Shown here: piece after piece, positions 41,500 through 51,856 of the stretch
How positions within the stretch are numbered: position 1 is the first letter of the stretch
How the letters are laid out: the number at the start of each line of letters is the position of its first letter
Source of the DNA: Myxococcota bacterium
Lineage (GTDB): Bacteria; Myxococcota; XYA12-FULL-58-9; JABJBS01
NCBI GenBank assembly: GCA_036339465.1
Contig: JAYZAY010000011.1
Location: 1 to 64,000 of the forward strand
Length of the DNA: 64,000 nucleotides
Reading direction: 5' to 3'
The notes under the pieces: generated by a model
Seen by the model: only the letters and a program-made list of their open reading frames with translations
Told to the model about the DNA's origin: nothing
Database searches by the model: none
Made by a program: the position numbers and the translations under genes

Positions 41500-41565
41500 A
41501 CTAGAGCGCACTTTCTAATATCGATGATTTAAAAGAGCAAGGGAAATAGTAAGCTCCACAAGGAC

Positions 41566-42201
41566 TTAGTTCGCGTTTTTCTTAGCGGCCTTTTTGGCAG
41601 GGGTTTTCTTATCAACTTTTTTGGCAGGGGCTTTCTTATCAACTTTTTTGGCGGGGGCTTTCTTATCAACTTTTTTGGCGGGGGCTTTCTTATCAACTTT
41701 TTTGGCGGGGGCTTTCTTATCAACTTTTTTGGCAGGCCCCTTCTTCGTGGTCTGTTTAGTCGTGGTTTTATTTGTCGCCTTTTTCGTTGTTTCGCTAGGG
41801 GCCTTTCGGGTTACTTTCTTGGTGGTTGCCTTCTTGGACGGTTTTGTTTTTTGACTCGATTGGGCTGCCGAAGCGGTCCTTTTGGCGGGGGCCGGCGCAG
41901 GTGCAGGATTTGAGCTTCCAGCAGCTCGTTTTTCCTGGAGTTCTTCGATAAGTTCGTTAAGTTTTTCGATGGTTTTTCTAAGGCCCGCAGGCAGTGCAAT
42001 TTTACCTTGGTTGTTTAATTTGAGTGTTTGTTCTCCGAGGGTTCTGAATAATTTATCCTTCTCAAGCCGAACTCGATGAAAATCTTCTTCAAATTTATCT
42101 CGAGACCGAACCAAGAACACTTTGGCTTCTTCGATTTGATCGATGGCTTGTTGCCAAAGGTCATTTGCGTACTTTTTGATGTCTTCTTTAGGGGAGGTCA
42201 A
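41566..42201 (-). CDS. Coiled-coil protein with histone H1-like Lys/Ala/Pro tail
   Basis: N-terminal amphipathic helices, C-terminal PAKKVDKKA repeats; AAGGAG RBS is best spaced to TTG 42201 (ORF track starts at 42207). Confidence 0.8.
   Translation of the reverse strand: MTSPKEDIKKYANDLWQQAIDQIEEAKVFLVRSRDKFEEDFHRVRLEKDKLFRTLGEQTLKLNNQGKIALPAGLRKTIEKLNELIEELQEKRAAGSSNPAPAPAPAKRTASAAQSSQKTKPSKKATTKKVTRKAPSETTKKATNKTTTKQTTKKGPAKKVDKKAPAKKVDKKAPAKKVDKKAPAKKVDKKAPAKKVDKKTPAKKAAKKNAN
41590..41736 (-). repeat. 27-nt coding tandem repeat x5 (PAKKVDKKA)
   Basis: + strand unit ttttttggc(a/g)ggggctttcttatcaac repeated five times plus a partial copy. Confidence 0.95.
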
Positions 42202-42312
42202 CGTCAAGCTCCTTTTGCTGGGATTGGATTTTTACTAATACGGGTGACTCAGCCAGTCAATGCTGCACATGTCGGATTTTATTCGGTTTGTTTCAGTTCG
42301 TCAGGGAAGAAC

Positions 42313-42909
42313 TTATGGTTTTTTTGCGCTTTTTTGTGCTTTCTCGAAGGCGGCTCGGATTTTCGGGAGTAAAGATTTTACCAACTTTTTGTTGGCAGCA
42401 TTGGTACTCTTTTCAAATTGCTCCAAAAAAAGATGCTTGTTTTTCTGAACATATTCGATCTGCTTGAGCAGCGCGCGTTTTTCTGAGGCTGGAAAATTTG
42501 GATCCGCCAGTTTGAGTTTGATTTCAGAGTGCTCCGGACTCAAAAGCATCGATTCAAAGGCGGTTGGCTCCAATACGAAGTAGGTCGCCATTAGGGCCGA
42601 AATCTGCATGACAAATTCTTCCATGCTGAACCCATGTTGCACGTAAATCCTATTAAGTCTTTCCATTTCATCGTGGCTCATGGACTGATCCGGCGTGCCG
42701 CCAGCGAAATTTCCCATAAGTTGGTGGTGTTTTCCGGCCGTTGCTTCCGCTAATTTCGGAATTAAGATTAATAGTTTTTCGACGGATTCACGCTTGAGAG
42801 CCGTAACTGGCGGGGTAAGAGCTTCTCCAAAGCCTTCACCAGGTGCAGCTTCTGATATTTGAAGTTGAAACCCAATCGCGAGTAGAATAATCATAGAATT
42901 AAATCGCAT
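42313..42909 (-). CDS. Hypothetical secreted helical protein
   Basis: 198-aa ORF, signal peptide-like N-terminus, GAGG RBS; no recognised motif. Confidence 0.65.
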   Translation of the reverse strand: MRFNSMIILLAIGFQLQISEAAPGEGFGEALTPPVTALKRESVEKLLILIPKLAEATAGKHHQLMGNFAGGTPDQSMSHDEMERLNRIYVQHGFSMEEFVMQISALMATYFVLEPTAFESMLLSPEHSEIKLKLADPNFPASEKRALLKQIEYVQKNKHLFLEQFEKSTNAANKKLVKSLLPKIRAAFEKAQKSAKKP

Positions 42910-42927
42910 CTATTAACCTCATACGAA

Positions 42928-44049
42928 TTGAAGACGATGAAACATTTGAATAACTTCAGTTCCCAAAGACGTCTTAACTTGATTCCTCAGTGGACCATTG
43001 TGTGGATTTTTGCGCTAGCATTTTCTGGCCAAGTGGCGCAAGCCGCAGAGTCAGTGAAATGCGAAAAGGGTGGGAAGAGCAAGTGGCACAAGGTGTGGAA
43101 AATCTATGGCAGCGTTAAGGATATGCCAGAGATTTTGGAGAATGAGGGGGTGCATATTTTAGATTTTCCTCCCTCGATTTGGGAGGATCGGCAGGCGGTC
43201 GACATTGCGTGGGCGGCAAAAGATTGGTGCAAAGTTAAGTATTTAATGGGGGCCGTGGACTCGGCTTTTAGCCGAATTCCCTCGGCGGAACTAACCCCAG
43301 ATGAATTTGGGCGATTTGTCATTGAGAAGTTTAGAAGGTTGGAAGCTTGGTATCGAGTGGCGAGTCTAAGTGCCCAAATCAATGCCGAGGGTTATTTGAA
43401 GCATGGGGTGGCACAGCTGGCCGACGGTAAGTTTCTAGAAGCGAGTCAGCAGTTCAACCGAGCTTTGAATCATGTTTTCAAGTTAGAGAACAATTGGCAG
43501 ATTCCACAACTTCTGCCCACTGTTTCAATCAAGGGCCACAAGCAAGCGGAATTGAACCCGGATGAAATTGTAGCGGGGTGTCCCGATCTTGGTGCAACGG
43601 TCACCAAAGAAGAGTATGAAACCATTTTGGCAAAGATGTCAAAAGTATTCAATGAGCGTCTTCTCCGGCCGGTTGATCTAAAGGATGCTACAGATTTGAT
43701 TGCAGATTTTTCGAATTACTATCGATTAGGCGTGATGGCTGCAGCGGCGAGGGTAGGGTGCGTTTTGATCAAGCGGGCGGGAGAGTTCGATGTCGATCTT
43801 GGGACGGTGATGCGACGGTATCAATTGGTCAATCAGCTCCAGCAGGAGAAGACGCTACCGAAGTATCGGCGACGTGAATTCAAGAAGTTTGTACGATTGG
43901 CGAGTGATCACCTTGCGCAGTCTCGGTTTCAACTCGCCCATCAGTCCTTAGAGAAAGTGTTTGTTCTTTTTGGTGAACCAGTCTCACCGAGTTCTTATCT
44001 AATGGGGGCGCCGGATTCTCCTAAGCATCTCAAGGGTCCGAAAAGGTAG
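42928..44049 (+). CDS. Hypothetical secreted alpha-helical protein
   Basis: 373-aa ORF, signal peptide ending AQA-AE, several Cys; no recognised motif; start uncertain. Confidence 0.65.
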   Translation: MKTMKHLNNFSSQRRLNLIPQWTIVWIFALAFSGQVAQAAESVKCEKGGKSKWHKVWKIYGSVKDMPEILENEGVHILDFPPSIWEDRQAVDIAWAAKDWCKVKYLMGAVDSAFSRIPSAELTPDEFGRFVIEKFRRLEAWYRVASLSAQINAEGYLKHGVAQLADGKFLEASQQFNRALNHVFKLENNWQIPQLLPTVSIKGHKQAELNPDEIVAGCPDLGATVTKEEYETILAKMSKVFNERLLRPVDLKDATDLIADFSNYYRLGVMAAAARVGCVLIKRAGEFDVDLGTVMRRYQLVNQLQQEKTLPKYRRREFKKFVRLASDHLAQSRFQLAHQSLEKVFVLFGEPVSPSSYLMGAPDSPKHLKGPKR

Positions 44050-46359
44050 GTGTGGGTAGGCGTACTCGGAGTTCGCCAAATCTCTTTCTTATACTTGCGA
44101 GGAACGATCTTCTGGGGAACACTTGTTTGTGGAGGGTCCAATTTGGTGAAGCGCACTTACGGTGTCCGGCGCCGCGGTAGGGAAGTGTATAATCCGTTCC
44201 GCGCACTATTGTACGATTGGCTCGTACCACGCCTTCTCAATCTTTTTCGACACGGCGCAGGCATTCTCTTGTCTCTTTCGATGATTCTCTTGTCGATACG
44301 GGGTTTTTTTAGAGGAAGTCAGTTTTTTCAGGTGGCGCCATTGGTTCTTGTGGGGGTGACTCTTTCCGTCTTATTTTGGCGTTTCCATCTGACATTTCGA
44401 AAAGGCCTTCCAATAGCTTCGAAAACGAAGCCGATTCAACCAGAGTTAGATATTGCGATGCTCACGCTCGCATTGGTCTTTGTGTGTTTAGAGGGGGGAG
44501 GAGGTCCCTCGGGGCTACTTTATCCCTTTGCTTATGTCTTTGTTGCTTTCAGTGTCGCCGTTTGTTCGAAGAGGGTCCTCTTTTTTGTCCTGCCCCTTTT
44601 ATTGGTCACCGAAGCGTTGATTATTACCTATCAACCAGAGGTTGGTGGTTGGAAACTTTTGGCTGCGCATACATTATTTTCATTTTTATTCGGAAGCCTG
44701 TTTGCACTCTTATTACGCGGTGAGGTGATGAATCGCCGAAATTCCATGGAAAGGGAAATCGAATGTATGCTCACGTCGATTTCCCAAGATGCACAGGACT
44801 TTCGTCTTACTTCGGGAATGGCATGGGATGGAAAAAAATTGAGTCCCGAAGAACTTAAATTTCGAAGGAATGTAAGTTCGGTGGAAGTTATACATGAGGC
44901 TTCTTACAATGTTTTGGCTATTGCCGAGCACGCTTTAGATACACATACCGTGGCGCTTTATTGGCTTGATGTGAATAACGCAAAACTTATTTTGAAAGAG
45001 CAAAGAACCCATGGGGAAGCCGAATTAGCGGCGTCCATTGAGGCCGTGGAAGGTGTTGTGGGGGCCATTAAGAAAAAGGCTGAACCCATTAGGCTTCATT
45101 CTTTGAGCCCAGGGTATTCTGGGTTGACCTATTATGCGGGCAAGGTCAGTCCTTCGAGTTTTCTCGGTGTCCCTTTACTGGAACATGGCCACTTCAGAGG
45201 TATTTTGGTGGCCGACCGGGTCAATTCTCTGCCTTTCTCTGACGATGATTTACAGATTCTGGTTACCATTGGTGGCGAAATTATCAGGGCTATTCAAGTG
45301 GAGCGTATTTTTAGCGATATGGATCGAGAGAAATTTCGAAAAGAGCAGTTTTATAAAGCTTCTCGGGCTTTCAATGGAACTTTAAGAGTGGAGGATGTCG
45401 GTCAAGTCGCGATTCAAGCCGCTATGGAAGTTGCGGGCTTGGAAGGGGCTGCCATGGTTCGATGTCTTTCGAGGCCTGACGAGTTTGAGATAGTCTCTAT
45501 TTCTTGGCCAAAACCGAGGGTGGTGGAGGCACTTCAAGGAGCCCGTTTTCTTGGTTCTGGGGGGTTGGTGGCTGCTAGTTTGAAGGCGCGGCATTCATTG
45601 CCTTATGGAGAGATATGCTCCCAGGGACAGACAGTATTTGCAAAGGATTTGTCGTTTGAACCATCAACGCTCATGATTTTACCATTGGTCTGGAATGATG
45701 AACCCATCGGAGCACTTTTGGTGGCTGACCCACGGCCGCGCAAATTGAATCACGAAGTGAGAGATATGCTGCATGTTATTGCCGATCACGCTGCAATTGC
45801 CATTGCCAACGGTCAAATGTATCAGCAGATGGAGGAGCTCGCGACCACCGACGGACTTACTGGGTTGGTAAACCATCGGCATTTTCAGGAACTATTTGAT
45901 GTTGGGTTGAAGTCGGCGGCTCGGTATCAACGAAACTACGCCTTGATACTATGTGACCTTGACCATTTTAAGAGTGTTAATGACACCTATGGCCATCCAG
46001 TCGGTGATGCTGTACTAAAGAGAATTTCAAGTGTGCTGAAAAGGTCTGCTCGGGGTACAGATATTGTTGCTAGATATGGGGGAGAAGAATTTGCAATCCT
46101 TATGGATGAAACCGATGCTACTGGCGCGACGACCATTGCGGAGCGGATCAGGAATCTGGTCAAACAGGAGTTGTTCCACAGTGAGATTGGAAGTTTTCGG
46201 TGTTCCATGTCTCTTGGGATTTCGGTATTCCCTCTCCACTCGTCCATAAAGACGGAGTTGTTGGTTGCTGCTGATGAGGGGCTTTATGAAGCGAAACGTG
46301 CGGGCAGGGATCGAGTTGTTTTGGCGAAGTTTCCAACAACTCGAAAAAAGGCAGGATGA
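44050..46359 (+). CDS. Membrane-bound diguanylate cyclase (multi-TM, GAF, GAF, GGDEF)
   Basis: Hydrophobic N-terminal helices, two GAF-like domains, ATTDGLTGLVN, DLDHFKSVNDTYGHPVGD, RGTD I-site, RYGGEEF; true start probably downstream of 44050 (TATAAT at 44188). Confidence 0.92.
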   Translation: MWVGVLGVRQISFLYLRGTIFWGTLVCGGSNLVKRTYGVRRRGREVYNPFRALLYDWLVPRLLNLFRHGAGILLSLSMILLSIRGFFRGSQFFQVAPLVLVGVTLSVLFWRFHLTFRKGLPIASKTKPIQPELDIAMLTLALVFVCLEGGGGPSGLLYPFAYVFVAFSVAVCSKRVLFFVLPLLLVTEALIITYQPEVGGWKLLAAHTLFSFLFGSLFALLLRGEVMNRRNSMEREIECMLTSISQDAQDFRLTSGMAWDGKKLSPEELKFRRNVSSVEVIHEASYNVLAIAEHALDTHTVALYWLDVNNAKLILKEQRTHGEAELAASIEAVEGVVGAIKKKAEPIRLHSLSPGYSGLTYYAGKVSPSSFLGVPLLEHGHFRGILVADRVNSLPFSDDDLQILVTIGGEIIRAIQVERIFSDMDREKFRKEQFYKASRAFNGTLRVEDVGQVAIQAAMEVAGLEGAAMVRCLSRPDEFEIVSISWPKPRVVEALQGARFLGSGGLVAASLKARHSLPYGEICSQGQTVFAKDLSFEPSTLMILPLVWNDEPIGALLVADPRPRKLNHEVRDMLHVIADHAAIAIANGQMYQQMEELATTDGLTGLVNHRHFQELFDVGLKSAARYQRNYALILCDLDHFKSVNDTYGHPVGDAVLKRISSVLKRSARGTDIVARYGGEEFAILMDETDATGATTIAERIRNLVKQELFHSEIGSFRCSMSLGISVFPLHSSIKTELLVAADEGLYEAKRAGRDRVVLAKFPTTRKKAG

Positions 46360-46382
46360 ATTTAACGGGTAAGAGAAAACGA

Positions 46383-47693
46383 ATGAAAAAAACTTTTGTT
46401 CTTGATACGAATGTTCTTTTGCACGATCCCAATGCGATTTTCGGATTTGAGGAAAACAAAATTGTTATTCCTATTTACGTTATTGAAGAGATCGATACTT
46501 TCAAAAAAGACTTGTCTGAATTGGGCCGCAATGCACGACATGTCACCCGTGCTTTGGATGCATTACGTGTGCGAGGTGCCCTCAGTGAGGGCGTGACCAT
46601 GTCCAATGATGGCAGTCTTCAGGTGGTGATGACGAATCATCGTCTGCCGGAAGGTTTTACCTCTCGAAATTCCACTGACAACATGATTTTGGGCACGGCC
46701 TTGGAGGTTCAAGATAGGAATCCTGAGGATCGAGTCGTTTTTGTTTCCAAGGATGTTAATCTCCGAATTCGGGGGCACGCCCTTGGATTACATGTGGAAG
46801 ATTATGACTCCGAGGGTACGGATATTAGCGAACTTTATACGGGGATCCGAGAGCTTGGGGTCGATGGAGAGAGAATCGACTCATTTTATAGGGACGGTGT
46901 TCTTCCTGTGGAGGAGGAAGCAACCACCCCCAACGAATTTGTGATCCTAAAAAATCCAGTGAATCCCACGCACACCGGTTTGGGCAAGGTCGACACCGAT
47001 GAGCAAGTGATTCGGCCAATTTATTCTCCTAAGGATGGCATGTGGGGAATTCGGCCTCGCAACAAAGAACAGAGTTTTGCCGCCGATATTTTACTCAACG
47101 ATGAGGTAAAGCTTGTAACCCTCGTTGGTAAAGCGGGTACCGGTAAAACATTGCTGGCCATAGCAGCGGGTCTTCATAAGGTCACTGAAGAGGGGGCTTA
47201 TCAGCGCCTTTTGATATCTCGGCCTATTTTTCCACTGGGAAAGGATATTGGTTATTTGCCGGGGGATGTCGAGGAAAAGTTGACACCGTGGATGCAGCCA
47301 ATCTTTGATAATATCGAGTTTCTAATGGGAATATCCCGTAACGACAAACGGCAAGGCCGTGGTTATGCGGAGCTGATGGATTTGGGGCTTTTGGAAATTG
47401 AACCACTGACCTACATCCGAGGCAGGAGTATTCCGAATCAATTCATGGTGGTCGATGAAGCTCAAAATCTAACCCCCCACGAGGTGAAAACCATCATCAG
47501 CCGTGCCGGCGATAACACAAAGATTGTTCTAACCGGCGATCCATATCAGATTGACAATCCCTATGTTGATTCGACCAACAATGGTTTGGTGCATGTGGTC
47601 AATCGGTTTCAGCAGGAGAGAATCGCGGGCCATATTTCCTTCAGTCGAGGTGAGAGGTCGGATTTAGCAGAGAAGGCAGCGAATTTATTGTAA
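46383..47693 (+). CDS. PhoH-family ATPase with N-terminal PIN domain (PhoH2/YlaK-like)
   Basis: FVLDTNVLLHDP, VSKDVNLR, GKAGTGKT, IGYLPG, YIRGRS, VDEAQN, TGDPYQID. Confidence 0.95.
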   Translation: MKKTFVLDTNVLLHDPNAIFGFEENKIVIPIYVIEEIDTFKKDLSELGRNARHVTRALDALRVRGALSEGVTMSNDGSLQVVMTNHRLPEGFTSRNSTDNMILGTALEVQDRNPEDRVVFVSKDVNLRIRGHALGLHVEDYDSEGTDISELYTGIRELGVDGERIDSFYRDGVLPVEEEATTPNEFVILKNPVNPTHTGLGKVDTDEQVIRPIYSPKDGMWGIRPRNKEQSFAADILLNDEVKLVTLVGKAGTGKTLLAIAAGLHKVTEEGAYQRLLISRPIFPLGKDIGYLPGDVEEKLTPWMQPIFDNIEFLMGISRNDKRQGRGYAELMDLGLLEIEPLTYIRGRSIPNQFMVVDEAQNLTPHEVKTIISRAGDNTKIVLTGDPYQIDNPYVDSTNNGLVHVVNRFQQERIAGHISFSRGERSDLAEKAANLL

Positions 47694-47799
47694 GAATTCT
47701 CGCTGATAGACAGAGATCTATGGCAATATGCTTGACGTCGGTAAATATCACTGGTTATGAGCTTCAGACTTAAGTTCAAAGTATAGCGAGGTTACGAAA

Positions 47800-47973
47800 A
47801 TGCGGGATATAACAGAAGATACTCTTTATGACGTTCGTTTGATTGAGCGCCACATGAAAGAAGGTATTTTGAAGCAAGAAGAACTCGATGCCCATTTGGC
47901 TAAGATCCCTGATTCAGAATCGAAGTCGTCAATGGTCAATGTGGATGAACTACGCACCAAGAACGTCATCTAG
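47800..47973 (+). CDS. Small 57-aa protein (absent from the ORF track)
   Basis: MRDITEDTLYDVRLIERHMKEGILKQEELDAHLAKIPDSESKSSMVNVDELRTKNVI; GAGG RBS; TTGACG-N18-TATGAG upstream at 47732-47761. Confidence 0.75.
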   Translation: MRDITEDTLYDVRLIERHMKEGILKQEELDAHLAKIPDSESKSSMVNVDELRTKNVI

Positions 47974-48107
47974 GTCCAATCCTTCAGATATCTTATTGAC
48001 CTGGCCACGATTATTGGTCGTTAGGTCCTATCTTCCTTGATTCACAATCGCCGCGCTTGTTTTGGTGTTTGGCTGTCTTTTCGAAATAGCATTCTAATGG
48101 AATACCA

Positions 48108-48137
48108 TCGTCTTTGAAGATGTCGTCTTTGGAGATG
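48108..48137. repeat. 15-nt direct tandem repeat upstream of clpB
   Basis: tcgtctttgaagatg / tcgtctttggagatg. Confidence 0.7.
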
Positions 48138-48329
48138 GGTACCGGGTTTTGCCGCTCCTATGTTTCAGGATTCTCCAGCAAAACGTGCTTTCATGGTCTT
48201 TTTGGATTAATTTTTTCCCATTGTCCCAGCTCGGTCGTATCCTATTGAAGCAGTTGCGGTTGGGCTGAAGTCCCCTATTCTATATCTCAGAGCGGGACTT
48301 TTCGCCCGATTGAGGGGCCTGAATCAGGA

Positions 48330-50897
48330 GTGGTTATGCGTATGGAGAGACTGACTCACAAAGCGGTTGAGGCAATGGACGATGCCCAAGTTGAAGCGAA
48401 GCGTCGCGAACACCAGGGTATCGCAGGCCTTCATTTACTGTGGGCATTGGTCCGCCAGGATGGGGGTATCGTGCCCAGCGTATTACAAAAGATTGGCGTT
48501 GATCCGTCGGTCATTCTTGGTCAGGTGGACGGTGCATTTGGTTCTTTGCCCAAGGTTCAGGGGGGCAGTGCTTATGGGTCCGATGATCTTCAGCGAGTCT
48601 TAGAAGAAGCTGACGCGGTCGCTGATCGCATGAACGATGACTATGTTTCCACTGAACATCTCTTCTTGGCGATTTCCATGAAGCAGGGAAAGGCTCAAAG
48701 AATTCTAAACCGTCTCGGGGTTACCGATGAAGGGATTATGAGGGCATTGGAGGGAGTTCGTGGGAGCCACCGAGTCACGGATCAAACGCCAGAAAATCGA
48801 TACGAGGCTTTGGCTCGGTATGCTCGAGATCTGACTGACCAGGCGCGGCGGGGAAAAACAGATCCCGTTATTGGACGAGATGAAGAAATTAGAAGAGTTA
48901 TCCAAGTTCTGTCTCGTCGGACGAAGAATAATCCGGTTTTAATTGGCGAACCAGGGGTGGGTAAAACAGCCATTGCTGAAGGACTGGCCAGACGCATCGT
49001 CGATGGAGATATACCTTTGGGGATGAAGGATCGAAGGGTCTTGGCCCTCGACTTGGGCGCGCTTGTGGCGGGAGCAAAATATCGAGGTGAGTTTGAGGAT
49101 CGCCTGAAGGCGGTGCTCAAAGAAGTCACCGAGGGTGCGGGTAGCATCATTCTATTTATCGATGAAATGCATACTCTGGTGGGCGCAGGAGCGTCGGAAG
49201 GGGCGATGGATGCTTCGAATATGTTAAAACCAGCCCTAGCTCGAGGTGAACTGCATTGTATTGGTGCCACGACTTTGGACGAATATCGGAAGCACATTGA
49301 AAAAGATCCAGCTTTTGAACGGCGGTTTGCTCCGGTGCTCATTGAGCCTCCCAGTGTGGAAGATACGGTTTCAATTTTGCGAGGCTTGAAGCAACGCTAC
49401 GAGATTCACCACGGCGTTCGAATTCAGGATGGGGCCTTGGTTGCGGCCGCGAAGCTTTCAGCTCGATATATACCTGAGCGATTTTTGCCAGATAAGGCCA
49501 TCGATCTTATAGACGAGGCGGCCAGCCTTTTAAGACTCCAAATTGACTCTCTTCCAACTGAATTAGATCAATTAGGGCGCAAAATTGTTCAGTTGGAAAT
49601 TGAGAGACAAGCGCTCTTACAAGAAGTGGATCAGGGTTCAAAACAAAGGCTTGAAAAGCTCAACCGCGAATTGAATGGATTAAAAGAAAACGAACGAGAA
49701 CTCAAAATTCAGTGGCAATTGGAGGTTGATGATCTCAAGAAAAGCCAAAAGTTTCAGGAGGAACTCGAAGTGCTTCGTCAGGAGCAGGCAACCGCCGAAC
49801 GAATAGGGGATTTGAGTCGAGCAGCTGAGATTAAATTTGGAAAGATCCCCGAAATAATACAGGAGCTTGATGATGTTAAGAAAGCATTCGAAGCCAAGGA
49901 AAACTCTCTGATTCATGAGGAAGTAGAGCCCGAAGATATTGCTGCGATTGTTTCAAAGTGGACCCATATTCCCGTGACAAAAATGTTGGAAGGTGAAACC
50001 GAAAAACTTTTGAGAATGGAGGAAGTACTTACGCAAAAGGTCATAGGTCAATCTAAGGCAATTGAAGCCATTGCCCACGCTATTCGCAGAAGTCGTTCTG
50101 GGCTGTCTGACCCCAATCGACCTTTAGGGTCGTTTCTCTTTTTGGGACAAACCGGCGTAGGGAAAACCGAGACAGCTCGAGCTTTGGCTACTTTCCTCTT
50201 TGATGATGAAACCGCGATGGTTCGGATCGACATGAGTGAGTATATGGAAAAGCACGCCGTTTCTCGTTTGGTGGGAGCGCCTCCTGGATATATCGGCTAT
50301 GAACAGGGTGGACAGCTCACGGAAGTGGTTCGCCGAAAACCTTACGCTGTTATTCTTCTCGATGAGATTGAGAAGGCTCACGACGACGTATTCAATCTCT
50401 TTCTTCAGCTCTTAGAGGACGGTCGACTTACCGAGGGCCAAGGGCGAACCGTAGATTTTAGAAATACGGTCGTCATAATGACCTCAAATTATGGTGTGGA
50501 CAAACTCCTGAATACAAAGTTCTCCGATGAGAATCTCAGGGCGCTACTTGGAACTCGATTTCGACCAGAGTTTATCAATCGGGTTGATGAGGTTGTGGTA
50601 TTCAATGCATTGGATGACACGAATCTCCAAAAGATTCTCGAGCTTCGGATTGCTGATATTAATCAACGGCTGGCCGAAAGAGAGCTCATTTTGGAAGTTG
50701 AACCAGCAGCTAGGGGAAAATTGCTCGAATTGGGTTATGATCCGTCGTTTGGGGCTCGACCTCTCAAGCGCTGTCTACAAAGATACATTGAAAATCCACT
50801 TGCTTCTGCTATTTTGGCCGGGGATTTCAGTGCAAAGGATTCCGTTTTGTGCACTTGGAATGAGGGGTTTCGTTTCCAGAAAATGAAGCTGATGTAG
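48330..50897 (+). CDS. clpB: Chaperone ClpB
   Basis: Clp N-domain, [14 protein letters not shown], coiled-coil M-domain, [36 protein letters not shown]. Confidence 0.97.
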   Translation: MVMRMERLTHKAVEAMDDAQVEAKRREHQGIAGLHLLWALVRQDGGIVPSVLQKIGVDPSVILGQVDGAFGSLPKVQGGSAYGSDDLQRVLEEADAVADRMNDDYVSTEHLFLAISMKQGKAQRILNRLGVTDEGIMRALEGVRGSHRVTDQTPENRYEALARYARDLTDQARRGKTDPVIGRDEEIRRVIQVLSRRTKNNPVLIGEPGVGKTAIAEGLARRIVDGDIPLGMKDRRVLALDLGALVAGAKYRGEFEDRLKAVLKEVTEGAGSIILFIDEMHTLVGAGASEGAMDASNMLKPALARGELHCIGATTLDEYRKHIEKDPAFERRFAPVLIEPPSVEDTVSILRGLKQRYEIHHGVRIQDGALVAAAKLSARYIPERFLPDKAIDLIDEAASLLRLQIDSLPTELDQLGRKIVQLEIERQALLQEVDQGSKQRLEKLNRELNGLKENERELKIQWQLEVDDLKKSQKFQEELEVLRQEQATAERIGDLSRAAEIKFGKIPEIIQELDDVKKAFEAKENSLIHEEVEPEDIAAIVSKWTHIPVTKMLEGETEKLLRMEEVLTQKVIGQSKAIEAIAHAIRRSRSGLSDPNRPLGSFLFLGQTGVGKTETARALATFLFDDETAMVRIDMSEYMEKHAVSRLVGAPPGYIGYEQGGQLTEVVRRKPYAVILLDEIEKAHDDVFNLFLQLLEDGRLTEGQGRTVDFRNTVVIMTSNYGVDKLLNTKFSDENLRALLGTRFRPEFINRVDEVVVFNALDDTNLQKILELRIADINQRLAERELILEVEPAARGKLLELGYDPSFGARPLKRCLQRYIENPLASAILAGDFSAKDSVLCTWNEGFRFQKMKLM

Positions 50898-50989
50898 GTG
50901 TTGATTGGTCGCATATTTTTTCAGTGAGCTTGCGGTGAATGGTCGCGCTTCGTTAGAATCAAGTATGTCTCGATAACTTGGTTCAAAAC

Positions 50990-51856
50990 ATGCCTGCACG
51001 TTTTTTTGGTCAATATTTACTAGAGCAAGGCGTTGTTTCCACATGCCAACTCGACCTAGCTCTGCGTTGGCTCGATGAAAAATCCGAACGTATTGGAGAA
51101 ATTGCGCTCCGGCGTGGGTTGTTAACCTCGGTTCAAATTAAAGAGTTAACCCGCATCCAACGAAACATCGATTGTTCGTTTGGTGAATTGGCCATTGAGC
51201 GAGGGTATCTATCCCGTGACAACTTACAACTTTTACTCGCTGAACAAGCGCGGTGTCGGATTTCTATAGGTGAGGCACTTGTGGACTTGGAGGTTATACA
51301 GAAAACGGCATTGCATGGGTATTTAGACGCATTTCACTACGAAGAGTCTCTGCACAATCAAAGTCGACAAACGTCGGATATTGAATTGTCTCGGCCTATA
51401 TTGATGAAAAACATAGAAGAAGTTTTTCCAAGACTCGTTTTTCGTTTAACGGGTGTTCGAGTTAAGTTATCCCAACTAAGCCGTCGTAGGCTGAATTTGG
51501 CGCAAGGAGATAAATGGTATATCGCTCGTGTCGATCTCGAATTGATAAAGCCTGAAGGAGAATTGGCTCAATGTGGCTCAATTTGGATGGTCATTGGTAA
51601 ACATTTGGCAGATTTAGTTTTGGCCGCTTATCTCCAGGAGTGTTTCGTCGAGGAGAGCGATAATGTCCAGCCTGAAGAAGCTCTATCCTCGATTTTGAGT
51701 GTCATTTCTGGCAACCTATTGCGTGGGACTTGGGAAGGTAATGGCCGAGGTCGTATGGGCCCCCCCGCAACTCTTGGGTTTTCCGAAGAAATGATGTGGG
51801 TATGGGAAATGGTAAGTCCCTATGGAGATGGCTGGGTTGCATACATAGAGCGTTAG
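50990..51856 (+). CDS. Four MshEN-like repeats fused to a degenerate CheX/CheC-like domain
   Basis: Four 24-aa motifs with 5-aa linkers; C-terminal EEALSSILSVISGN resembles the CheX ExxN helix; likely start ATG 50990. Confidence 0.7.
   Translation: MPARFFGQYLLEQGVVSTCQLDLALRWLDEKSERIGEIALRRGLLTSVQIKELTRIQRNIDCSFGELAIERGYLSRDNLQLLLAEQARCRISIGEALVDLEVIQKTALHGYLDAFHYEESLHNQSRQTSDIELSRPILMKNIEEVFPRLVFRLTGVRVKLSQLSRRRLNLAQGDKWYIARVDLELIKPEGELAQCGSIWMVIGKHLADLVLAAYLQECFVEESDNVQPEEALSSILSVISGNLLRGTWEGNGRGRMGPPATLGFSEEMMWVWEMVSPYGDGWVAYIER

Noticed and set aside
41590..41736. 27-nt repeats as a CRISPR array
   Set aside because: Head-to-tail with no spacers, in-frame coding repeat, no cas genes
47721..47736. 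Sigma54-like TGGCAATATGCTTGAC
   Set aside because: The -12 GC dinucleotide is GA; an overlapping sigma70-like -35 fits better
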